From Octopus vulgaris (taxonomy: Eukaryota), in the NCBI GenBank assembly GCA_951406725.2, contig OX597815.1, positions 4,092,001 to 4,156,000 on the forward strand: a stretch of 64,000 nucleotides of DNA. The letters run 5' to 3'. The translations under genes were made by a program, and so were the position numbers. Of the stretch, positions 53,039-64,000 are shown piece after piece. Position 1 is the first letter of the stretch, and every line of letters begins with the position of its first letter. The notes beneath the pieces are model-generated. The model searched no databases, was not told the DNA's origin, and was given only the letters and a program-made list of their open reading frames with translations.

Positions 53039-53651
53039 ATAGTTTTGAAGGCATGTATGTCAACAAACAAAGGCAAATATATTTTGTTTTTTGTATTTAA
53101 ATTGAATACTGAAAGAAGAAAGATCGAATTGTTCAAAAAAGAGAAAAATCGAGATCATAAAAGAAAAATTTTAAAAACCGCGGGAGACGAAGTTCCAAAA
53201 CTTTGATTGTCTTTGGTAAATCGAGGATTTAAGTTTGGAATTTGGTGACCCAAGAAATTGACGGAATAAGAACGAAAGATAACAAATATTAGCAAAGAAA
53301 TTAACTGGAAATTAACAAAGTAAATAAACAATTATACATTTAATGTAGAGATAACAAGGCCAGGACATAAATCCTTTCCACTACAGGAATTTGGTCGGTG
53401 GAGGTCAGTCGATTAGATTGACTCCAGTATGCAACTGGTACTTAATTTATCGATCCCGAAAGGTCGAAAGGCAAAGTCGACTTCGGCGGAATTCGAACTC
53501 AGAACGTAGCGACAGGCGAAACACCGCAAAGCATTTCGTCCGCTGCGCCAACCATTCTGACACGTCGCGACATAAATGGAAACGGTCGCCTTTTTCTTCT
53601 GTAAACATTCTCACCTTAATTAAAACTAATTATTATCAGCAGTAATTAGCG

Positions 53652-54401
53652 TTATAGATATATTCGATGGACGGTGGATATCGCTTTCAAGCACACGGGA
53701 CATTTCCTCTGGTGATAAAAATATTTCAAGGCACACTTCAAACACAGAGCTGTGTGTCCACACGGTAGGACCACGGCATTGAACTCGTACTGTCTACAAA
53801 CGGGACAGCTGCGGTGGCTGGCATTTCTATAACTACTTAAATCAACGGTACCACTGTAACCATTATCATCGTCGTTGTTGAAAGAAATATCTTCAGCTTC
53901 GTTATTGTCGGGTTCCTCGTCAGAAAATGGTTCGATGTCCGGCGGAAAACGAGGTGGTGGGGCCCGAAGACCACTTCTCTGTCTCTGCGTATGGGACCGC
54001 CTTCTTCGCGGTTCCTTTCTACACAGTTTATAAATCAGATAGAATGTTAGAGCAGAAGTTACCAAAAATATTGGGAGGTATTTGGCGGGAAGATATGGCG
54101 AGGCATATTTCGTGTAGAGTGTTTTACAACCTTTAAAAAGACAACTGTTGTAGAGAGGCATGAAAATAAAACAGCCGAAAGAATAGAGTTTTTCATAAAG
54201 TCTTTGGAATGTAAAGTTTCGCCATAAATCTTTGATGTGATAAATAAAGTTGAGCAACATCGGTCTTAGGGAATAATACCAAAGTTCGCTCAGACGCATC
54301 TTCGCTAATGGTAAATACGATGGGAAGTCAGTATATTGGTAAAGTATGTATTGTATGAAATTAAAAAATATATAAATCTCGAGTAATGTCCATAAGATCA
54401 T
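53652..54401 (-). CDS. Intronless predicted membrane-anchored RING-HC E3 ubiquitin ligase (RNF26/IAP-type C-terminal RING), 249 aa from the first ATG
   Basis: Uninterrupted ORF; hydrophobic segments ILWTLLEIYIFFNFIQYILY and YLPIFLVTSALTFYLIYKLC followed by RKEPRRRR; acidic linker; CPVC-x11-CGH-x3-CLKC-x10-CPVC..RIYL terminus. Confidence 0.85.
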   Translation of the reverse strand: MILWTLLEIYIFFNFIQYILYQYTDFPSYLPLAKMRLSELWYYSLRPMLLNFIYHIKDLWRNFTFQRLYEKLYSFGCFIFMPLYNSCLFKGCKTLYTKYASPYLPAKYLPIFLVTSALTFYLIYKLCRKEPRRRRSHTQRQRSGLRAPPPRFPPDIEPFSDEEPDNNEAEDISFNNDDDNGYSGTVDLSSYRNASHRSCPVCRQYEFNAVVLPCGHTALCLKCALKYFYHQRKCPVCLKAISTVHRIYL

Positions 54402-54639
54402 AGTCAAGTGTTACTAATAAAGGCGGATGTTCCTCAACAGAAGAAGCAAAACGAAGAATAAATATTTCGTATTCCGGACAAACAAGGGGAGATAATTCCG
54501 GATATACGCCCCCAAATACAGGATTTTTCTTCTTTTTTTCTTTCTTTTTTCATCTATTTTCTCCTACTTCTTTGAAGGGTCATGGAGATAGAGTCCTCAG
54601 GCCCCTACTCATTAAGGGGGTGGGGCTATCAAAAGTAAC

Positions 54640-54874
54640 GGTACTACTTAAGAAGAGTGGTCCCGGTGCGCGCACTCGCATAGTCGCGCATCCGCGCTAG
54701 CTAGTCGTGACTAGTCGATCCTACAACGACTACCTAGCAAAGTAAATAAAACACAAAATAAATAATTTTTTTAAAACAAAATAAATAAAATACAAAAATA
54801 CAAAGTAAGGATCGACCAGTCACGACTAGCTAGCGCGGATGCGCGCACCGGGACCACTCTTCTAAAGTAGTACC
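54640..54874. mobile_element. Merlin-like MITE copy 4 with 8-bp TSD
   Basis: GGTACTACTT...AAGTAGTACC; TSD aaagtaac at 54632-54639 and 54875-54882. Confidence 0.85.
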
Positions 54875-55606
54875 AAAGTAACTATCATTAGACTTTCCTG
54901 ATGGATTCATAAACGTAACGAACTAAATCTATGGATATTATTCATCTGAGTTCAAATTCCGCCGAAGTCCATTAAATAAGTACCAGTTACGCACTGGGGT
55001 CGATGTAATCGACTTAATCCCTTTGTCTATCCTTGTTCGTCCTCTTTGTATTTGGCCCTTTGTGGGTAGTAGAGAAATGGTATTTTGTCTGCCGCTACGT
55101 TCTGAGTTCTAATTCCGCCGAAGTCGACTTTGCCTTTTATCATTTCGGGGTCGATTAAATAAGTACCAGTTACGCACTGGGGTCGATGTAATCGACTTAA
55201 TTCCTCTGTATGTCCTTGTTTATCCTCTCTGTGTTTAGCCCCTTGTGGGCAATATATAAATAATTATTCATCCATCTCGTTCTTGTTCTGCCTCGAGGTC
55301 TTCTCCCTATTAGCTTGGCTTGAAGAATTCGTCTTGCGATTCTTTCCCATTGCATTCTAATTCACATGTCCGTAGTACTGGAGTTGTGACCTCTCAATAC
55401 GGACAGGTTCGATCCGAAGTGACTCCCTGACCTCCGCGCTACATAACATATCGACTAGCATCACTACAAAGACCCTTAGGAGGAACCTTATTTCCGCCCC
55501 TCCCCCTTGTATTTATGATTGGACCCTTTCAGTCATTACTCAACATTCATAAAAAAAAATGGGCGAGGATAGGTGTCGAAACAGAACTGAAGAAATCAAA
55601 TTTAGC

Positions 55607-55706
55607 NNNNNNNNNNNNNNNNNNNNNNNNNNNNNNNNNNNNNNNNNNNNNNNNNNNNNNNNNNNNNNNNNNNNNNNNNNNNNNNNNNNNNNNNNNNNNN
55701 NNNNNN
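55607..55706. other. Assembly gap (100 N)
   Basis: Run of N. Confidence 1.
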
Positions 55707-57440
55707 TGAGATCTCACCACCCTCTCAAATACCTTGATGATATGAGAGGTGAGTGAGATCGGACGGTATTCACTGCAAGGGACTTGTTTCCCTTTTTGAA
55801 AACTGGGACAACAGACTGGGACAGAAGGTTTTTTGGAATATAGCCAGCATCCAGTGAGTTTCTCCACAGATTAGCAAGGGGAGATGCAAGTTGGTGTCGA
55901 CACACCTTCAGGACACAAGCAGGGAACCTATCGGGGCCTACTGCTGAATTGTGTTTTATTTCGTTTATCGCCGCTAAGACATCAGGGGCACTAAACGTTA
56001 TGTCCGATATAGTGTGTTGGGGGTTGACATCACTGATACAGCCCAGATCGGCCATATCAGGATTGCTGAAAACAGAGCAGTATTGTTTCTGCAGTATCTC
56101 GGCCATGGATTTGGCATTATCTTGGAGAGTGCCAGTTTCGTCAATTAGAGGGCCTACAGTGGAGACAGTGACCCTGCGTTTCCTCGCAAATGAAAAGAAC
56201 ACTTTGGGGTTGAGTTTGATTTTTTCAATGGCCCACTTCTCCTCAGCTGATCTTTGGTTATTGATGAGGGACTTCATGCATTGTTGGAGTTATATTTTTT
56301 GGATTCAAGCAGTGCGATAGCCGTCGAATGTGTGTGTTGCTGTTGGCAGTACTTTAGTTTGTTAATTTTTTTGTTTGTTCTTTTTATTTTTCTGATAATG
56401 GTTTTTCTGTTTTGGGGGATTCTGCACTTTTTGTTCACGGGTCTTGGTGGGGAGTGTTTTGCACATATGTCTGTGACGGTGTCTACAAAGATCTGCCAAG
56501 ATGTTTTATGGTTGGTGGAGATGTGTGTATGTGTAAAGGACCAGTCAACATTTGATAGCTCGTTCCTGATTGCATCCCAGTTGGCTTTATGGAGATCCAT
56601 GTTGTCAAATGGGTGGGCTGGAGGAAGGTCACTAGGATTAGCTTTCGGCTGGTGGAATTTCATGTTACAGAGAACCATGTCATGGTCTGAAAGAAGGGTT
56701 TTTTCCACTGTAACGTTATGTATAGTGTTAGTGTGGTTACTAAACACTAGGTCCAAAATGTTCTGATGTCTTGTTGGTGCAAGGACAAGTTGGGACAAGA
56801 AAAACTCATTCGTAAAGTCGAAAAGTGACTCTGCTGCTTCTTTGTCAGCGGTTGAGGCGGGAGTGCTTGGTTTCAAACAGTTTGTAGTCCAGTCAACACA
56901 GGGTAGATCGAAGTCTCCCATCATGAGTATGTTGCTAGAATGGCACTGTTGAATAGAGCACTTAATGCTGTTGAGGCATTCTTTAAAGCACAGTATGGGT
57001 GTTTGGGGCGGCCTATAGAGCCCAATTACTGTCAGATCATTGGCTTTGTTGTGCACGGTGACTGATTCACAGTAGCCGTTGGAGAATATACTATTTCCAT
57101 CTGCCGTAAATGAATCATGCAGGAAAATGGCAGTTCCACCCTTCCTCCTGCCGATACGATCCGCGCGGATGGTTGTGAAATTCTTCACTCTCACTTCGGC
57201 TTCCAAGTGGGAGTTGTCAAGGTGGGTCTCAGTGAGAATGAAGAAAGGGATGTGGTGTGAATGGTTACCAACCCAGTCTTCAATGAATTGGACCTTCCAT
57301 TTTTGTGCATTGATGGAAGGGCTGACACCTTGTGCATTGAGTAGGAATGTGGAGGTTAGTGTAGTTGCTGGTTTTGACTGTTGCAGGGGGCTTGGATTTT
57401 TTGTGTGTGTTAGTGGCAGCAATGTGGCAAATTGGTGCAC
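55707..57440 (-). mobile_element. CR1-group LINE ORF2 (APE endonuclease and N-terminal RT), frameshifted, truncated by the gap
   Basis: LNAQG, ILTETHL, RADR..GG, LYRPP, MGDFDLP, LDLVFSN, SDHDMV; then SAVGPD, VVPVFKKG, YRPISLTSHIIKVFERVV. Confidence 0.92.
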
Positions 57441-57516
57441 TGGGGTAATAGCATAGGATGGTGTTGAGTGATGGCTAGAATGTTTTTGTGTATCTCTTTT
57501 GCCATGTTCAACATGG

Positions 57517-58008
57517 CTAAAAAAGAATTTTCCTGCTTAGGGAGCAGTTTTTGGCTGGAGGTGCGGTTGCACTGTTGGATAGGGTTGTAGTTTCCACTTT
57601 TGTTGTTGTTGTTTTTGTGTCTTCCTGAAAAGACTGGACCAGCATTACTGCAGCATGGTGTGTTTCTATTTTATTGTTATTCAGGTTTGTGTGTTGGCTT
57701 GAGGCCCCGTTTCTGTTTGTGCGTCGGGTCCCTGGAAGATGAGTGAAGGGACAGTCACTCAGTAGACATGTTCTCTCACGTTGGGAATACCGGCAGATTT
57801 TGGGACTCCGAGTTGTGTGTGTTTTGAATTTCGATTTACTATTTGGTGGTGTTGATGTTATTGTGGGATGCGTGCTTTGGCCTTGGCCAGTAGTGCGTCT
57901 AGTGCCGGGTAGATGCGTGAAGATGCAGTCACTATTTGTGCAGAGTCTCTGGCACAGTGAATAGCGGCATATTTGGGGATTTCTTGTTTGTGCCGTGGGG
58001 GGGCGCAT
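57517..58008 (-). pseudogene. LINE ORF1 remnant with two CCCH zinc-finger repeats
   Basis: ICRYSLCQRLCTNSDCIFTHLPGTRR and ICRYSQRERTCLLSDCPFTHLPGTRR directly upstream of the APE ORF. Confidence 0.7.
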
Positions 58009-58220
58009 TCTGCTTCCTATGTTTCTTTAAGTTTTTGTTACTGCAGTAGTATTGAGGTGGTGATGTGGGGGAAGAGGGTAGTGGTTTCTTATTTGGTTTT
58101 CTGTTGGTATTTTTGGTGATAGAAGACGATGGTGGCAGCGGTGGTGATGATGATGATGATAATTGTGGTGGTTGCTGTGAGAGCGGTGAAAAGATACTGG
58201 CATTTAGTGAATCGTCTAGT

Positions 58221-58603
<383 letters not shown>

Positions 58604-58692
58604 ATTCCATCTCAAATCCTGTCTTTCTTTCTGCCGCCTAAAAATCTCATCTTCTCCCATTGTGCGGTGTCGTTTTGTCCCTCTGTTATCAC

Positions 58693-58745
<53 letters not shown>

Positions 58746-59209
58746 ATGTGGTGTCGGTTTCTCCCTCTGTTATCACTGTCTCTCTCTCTCTCTCTGTATA
58801 TATATCTCGCCTTCACTCGCTTCCACAGGCTTAGCCAATACGCAGGATGAAAAATATCAGCTAAGTCCTGTTCCTTCTTTTCATTGTTTTTGCAAGTATC
58901 ATCATCACCATCAAGCCTTCTTATTATTATTGTTTCCCCATATATTGGCGTTATCGTTGTCTTTCGTCTCAAATGCTAGCTGAAGCATATAAACTTTCAT
59001 TCACAAAAACTTCGCAAAAACATCTCGTCTCAAATTTGGTCTTTCTTTCTGTCGCTTAATTCTCTAACCCATCTTTTCCCAACTTCCACTCATAGAAACT
59101 TATGCACACGATCGCAAAGCATTCCATCTCAAATCCTGTCTTTCTTTCTGCCGCCTAAAAATCTCATCTTCTCCCATTGCGCGGTGTCGTTTTGTCCCTC
59201 TGTTATCAC

Positions 59210-59246
<37 letters not shown>

Positions 59247-59708
59247 ATGTGGTGTCGGTTTCTCCCTCTGTTATCACTGTCTCTCTCTCTCTCTGTATAT
59301 ATATCTCGCCTTCACTCGCTTCCACAGGCTTAGCCAATACGCAGGATGAAAAATATCAGCTAAGTCCTGTTCCTTCTTTTCATTGTTTTTGCAAGTATCA
59401 TCATCACCATCAAGCCTTCTTATTATTATTGTTTCCCCATATATTGGCGTTATCGTTGTCTTTCGTCTCAAATGCTAGCTGAAGCATATAAACTTTCATT
59501 CACAAAAACTTCGCAAAAACATCTCGTCTCAAATTTGGTCTTTCTTTCTGTCGCTTAATTCTCTAACCTATCTTTTCCCAACTTCCACTCATAGAAACTT
59601 ATGCACACGATCGCAAAGCATTCCATCTCAAATCCTGTCTTTCTTTCTGCCGCCTAAAAATCTCATCTTCTCCCATTGCGCGGTGTCGTTTTGTCCCTCT
59701 GTTATCAC

Positions 59709-59761
<53 letters not shown>

Positions 59762-60202
59762 ATGTGGTGTCGGTTTCTCCCTCTGTTATCACTGTCTCTC
59801 TCTCTCTCTCTGTATATATATCTCGCCTTCACTCGCTTCCACAGGCTTAGCCAATACGCAGGATGAAAAATATCAGCTAAGTCCTGTTCCTTCTTTTCAT
59901 TGTTTTTGCAAGTATCATCATCACCATCAAGCCTTCTTATTATTATTGTTTCCCCATATATTGGCGTTATCGTTGTCTTTCGTCTCAAATGCTAGCTGAA
60001 GCATATAAACTTTCATTCACAAAAACTTCGCAAAAACATCTCGTCTCAAATTTGGTCTTTCTTTCTGTCGCTTAATTCTCTAACCTATCTTTTCCCAACT
60101 TCCACTCATAGAAACTTATGCACACGATCGCAAAGCATTCCATCTCAAATCCTGTCTTTCTTTCTGCCGCCTAAAAATCTCATCTTCTCCCATTGCGCGG
60201 TG
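58604..60202. repeat. Tandem array of three ~500-517-bp near-identical units plus a partial fourth
   Basis: attccatctcaaatcc recurs at 58604, 59121, 59620, 60137; units differ mainly in (CT)n length. Confidence 0.95.
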
Positions 60203-60212
60203 CGCCCGCCCT

Positions 60213-60387
60213 CCACCCCCACCACCAATACCACCCCCACCACCAATACCACCCCCACCACCAATACCACCCCCACCACCAATACCACCCCCACCACCCC
60301 CACCACCAATACCACCCCCACCACCAATACCACCACCACCACCACCAATACCACCCCCACCACCAATACCACCCCCACCACCAATAC
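60213..60387. repeat. 18-bp minisatellite (caccaccaataccacccc)n
   Basis: Directly visible. Confidence 0.9.
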
Positions 60388-60868
60388 CGGTGAACACTGT
60401 TCTCACCATCTACACCGGATACTCCCTCCTCCTCCCCCCCACCACCCCTTCTCCTCATATGCTTTCACTGAGAAAAGACAAGCTGCTAGCGTCTCAGCTC
60501 ATCAACCGCCCTCTGATCTTACGCTTCCTCCTGTTTTGAATCTGACACTGCCTCAATCCTACTATCTCCTTCCAGTCCCCTCCATGCCTCGTAATATCCT
60601 ACGTTTTTATTTCTTACGAACCTGCACCAACCCTTCCTGCCATCGTTCCTCCTTACCCCCCCAACCTCCCCCACACCTACCCATATATATATATATATAC
60701 ACATCCTACGTTTATATTTCTTACGAACCTTCACCAACCCTTCCTGCCATTGTTCCTCCTTACCCCAACCTTCCCCACTGGTGCTCCCCTATATTACCCG
60801 CACCCCTTTACTATCTCTCCCTCTCTTTTCACTGGTGAAACCTTTCTCAGCTGAACCCCCCCCCCCAA

Positions 60869-60919
<51 letters not shown>

Positions 60920-60920
<1 letters not shown>

Positions 60921-61075
60921 CTATATATATAGAATCATTCTGTCTGTCTGTGTGTGTGTCTTCTAGGATCTTGGGCATCCTCCATCCGATTGCACTCAAA
61001 TTTGATAGGTAGATACCGATGGTATCAGGGCGTGTATAAATCTTGAAAAAAATTACAAAAATCAAATTCAGGTGA
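60920..61075 (+). mobile_element. Helitron-like 5' end fragment
   Basis: tctatatatatagaatcattctgtctgtctg...ccgattgcactcaaattt. Confidence 0.45.
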
Positions 61076-61889
61076 GAATACGATCCATGGGAACGTGCAT
61101 TTGTATGCGCAAGTACATCAGCTGTTGCGATCCATACTACGCGTATGCAAGAAGAATACACGTACAGTTTGTGCAGAAAAAAGCCGGCTGGCTTGAAATA
61201 ATGCCACAAAATGCAGTATATTTAAGAGACCAAAAAAGTAAGATGCAAAAGAGATATTTTCTTCAAACTTGGCATGAAGGAAGGAAAGACTATTTGGTTT
61301 CTCAAGAAGTTATTTTTTGCCTTAACTTCGTTTAACAAAACCAAAAATTTTATTGCAATAAAGGCATGCTTAATTATTTTTTAATGAAAAGAAAATACTG
61401 ATTGCTTTTTATTCAGCAGATATGATTCAGCACCGTCTATTGGACAGGAGGGGGGTGTTTTGCTCGTGTATATATATATATATATATATATACACAAAGG
61501 CATCTCTCTCTCTCTTTCTCTCTCATGTTAGATATCTATATATATTAACATGTATGTAAATATACATAATTTGTCCCTTTTTCGAATTTTTTTCTCTTTT
61601 ATCCACATAGAAAAATAGAGATTAGAAATCTGGGGAAATATATGTGTATTCTTTTAGTTTGATTTTTCTTAAAGAACCTACATCATCATCATCGTTTAAC
61701 GTCCGTTTTCCGCGCTAGCATGGGTTGGACGGTTCGACCGGAGTCTGGGAAGCCAGGAGGCTGCACCAGGCTCCAGTCTGATCTGGCAGAGTTTCTACAG
61801 CTGGATGCCCTTCTTAACGCCAACCACTCCGCGAGTGTAGTGGGTGCTTTTTACGTGCCAGGAGGATCTGGCATCGGCCACGATCGGTT

Positions 61890-63712
61890 GGAGCTTTTAA
61901 CGTGCCACCGGCACGGAAGCCAGCCAAGGCGGCACTGGCAACGGCCAGGTTCGGATGGTGCTTTTTATGTGCCACCGGCACTGGAGCCAGTCGAGGCAGC
62001 GCTGGCATCAGCCATGTTCGGATGGTGCTTTTTATGTGCCCCAGGCACAGAAGCCAGTCGGGCGGCACTGGCATCGGCGTTCGGATGTGCTTTTTATGTG
62101 CTACCGGCACAGAAGCCAGTCGTGGCAACGGCCACATTCGGATGGTGCTTTTTGCTGTGCCACCGGCACAGAAGCCAGTTGGGGCAGCGCTGGCATCGGC
62201 CACGTTCGGATGGTGCTTTTTATGTGCTACCGGCACAGAAGCCAGTCGAGGTGGTGCTGGCAACGGCCACATTCGGATGGTGCTTTTTATGTGCCACCGG
62301 CACAGAAGCCAGTTGGGGCAGCGCTGGCAACGGCCACGTTCGGATGGTGCTTTTTATGTGCCACCGGCACTGAAGCCAGTCGAGGTGGTGCTGGCAGCGG
62401 CCACGTTCGGATGGTGCTTTTTATGTGCCACCGGCACAGAAGCCAGTCGAGGTGGTGCTGGCAACGGCCACGTTCGGATGGTGCTTTTTATGTGCCACCG
62501 GCACAGAAGCCAGTCGAGGTGGTGCTGGCAACGGCCACGTTCGGATGGTGCCACCGGAAAAGCCAGTCGTGGTGCTGGCAACGGCCACTTATGTGCCACC
62601 GGCACAAGCCTTCGGAGTGGTGCCCTTGCAAGCCGTTCGGTGCTTTTTATGTGCCACCGGCACAGAAGCCAGTCGAGGTGCAGTGCTGGCAGCGGCCACG
62701 TTCGGATGGTGCTTTTTATGTGCCACCGGCTGAAGCCAGTCGAGGTGGTGCTGGCAACGCTGCCACGTTCGGATGGTGCTTTATGTGCACCGGCACAGAA
62801 GCAGTCGAGGTGGTGCTGGCAACGGCCACGTTCGGATGGTGCTTTTTATGTGCCACCGGCACAGAAGCCAGTCGAGGTGGTGCTGGCAACGGCCACGTTC
62901 GGATGGTGCTTTGTGTGCCACCGGCACAGAAGCCAGTCGAGGTGGTGCTGGCAACGGCCACGTTCGGATGGTGCTTTTTATGTGCCACCGGCACAGAAGC
63001 CAGTTGGGGCAGCGCTGGCAACGGCCACGTTCGGATGGTGCTTTTTATGTGCTACCGGCACAGAAGCCAGTCGAGGTGGTGCTGGCAACGGCCACGTTCG
63101 GATGGTGCTTTTATGTGCCACCGGCACGAAGCCAGTCGAGGTGGTGCTGGCAACGGCCACGTTCGGATGGTGCTTTTTATGTGCCACCGGCACAGAAGCC
63201 AGTCGAGGTGGTGCTGGCAACGGCCACGTTCGGATGGTGCTTTTTTATGTGCCACCGGCACAGAAGCCAGTCGAGGTGGTGCTGGCAACGGCCACGTTCG
63301 GATGGTGCTTTTATGTGCCCCAGGCACAGAAGCCAGTCGAGGTGGTGCTGGCAACGGCCACGTTCGGATGGTGCTTTTTATGTGCCACCGGCACAGAAGC
63401 CAGTCGAGGTGGTGCTGGCAACGGCCACATTCGGATGGTGCTTTTTATGTGCCACCGGCACAGAAGCCAGTCGAGGTGGTGCTGGCAACGGCCACGTTCG
63501 GATGGTGCTTTTTATGTGCACCGGCACAGAAGCCAGTCGAGGTGGTGCTGGCAACGGCCACGTTCGGATGGTGCTTTTTATGTGCTACCGGCACAGAAGC
63601 CAGTCGAGGTGGTGCTGGCAACGGCCACGTTCGGATGGTGCTTTTTATGTGCCACCGGCACGGCCAGGAGGTGGTGCTGGCAACGGCCACGTTTGCACGG
63701 CCACATTGTGCC
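61890..63712. repeat. 67-bp satellite, roughly 27 copies
   Basis: Unit gtgccaccggcacagaagccagtcgaggtggtgctggcaacggccacgttcggatggtgctttttat; period 67 (62425 to 62492). Confidence 0.95.
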
Positions 63713-63729
63713 ACCGGATGGGTATCACA

Positions 63730-63985
63730 ACTTTGAAAAAGCTAAAATGGTGATGATTGAAGAAATTGGAAAGTTATTGAGACTTGACATTTGAAGTGGA
63801 GTGTAATCATAAAGCCTCAAGAGTGAATGGTGATCCCCATTGTGCTTGGTGCACTCGGAACCATCTCAGAAGATGGCAAAAAAGCTGGTGAGAAAGAGTT
63901 GGAATTACCAGACATGATCGCAAGTGCTCAGTTGGTGGCCATTCTTGGAACAATGCATGCGTTGAGGAAAGTGTTGCATCTCTAA
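63730..63985 (+). mobile_element. 3' end of an R4/Dong-like RLE LINE
   Basis: VIPIVLGALGTISE...LPDMIASAQLVAILGTMHALRKVL, the typical RLE-LINE C-terminus. Confidence 0.7.
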
Positions 63986-64000
63986 GCTGCAGGAAGGAGC

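Noticed and set aside
52801-54874. Composite transposon carrying the RING gene
   Set aside because: Copy 4 has its own TSD and no shared TSD is visible at the outer ends
55515-55867. ORFs spanning the N run
   Set aside because: Artefacts of the assembly gap
61890-63712. Possible CRISPR-like array
   Set aside because: Whole units repeat with no unique spacers; eukaryotic context, no cas genes
61902-63794. 630-aa and 593-aa ORFs
   Set aside because: Translations of a stop-poor 67-bp satellite; the unit is not a multiple of 3 and indels shift frames freely

Overview
Repeat-saturated, AT-rich animal genomic DNA. The SINE families and microsatellite load look like Octopus/cephalopod; this is recognition from memory, not a database result. 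Nearly all listed ORFs are microsatellite translation artefacts. Supported genes: one intact tRNA-Arg(ACG) and one intronless ORF for a membrane-anchored C-terminal RING protein (53652-54401, minus), set among four Merlin-like MITEs. Mobile DNA includes a full-length decayed mariner, a CR1-group LINE (CCCH ORF1, APE, start of RT) cut by a 100-N gap, R4/Dong-like RLE LINE fragments, a Penelope-like GIY-YIG fragment, Helitron-like elements, several SINE families, a 67-bp satellite and a ~500-bp tandem array. The most striking unannotated signal is about 11 minimal type I hammerhead ribozyme motifs in short, often fold-back elements beside (TA)n tracts. Their cores show three compensatory versions of the 3-8 tertiary pair (C-G, U-A, G-C), and most have a self-complementary stem III.
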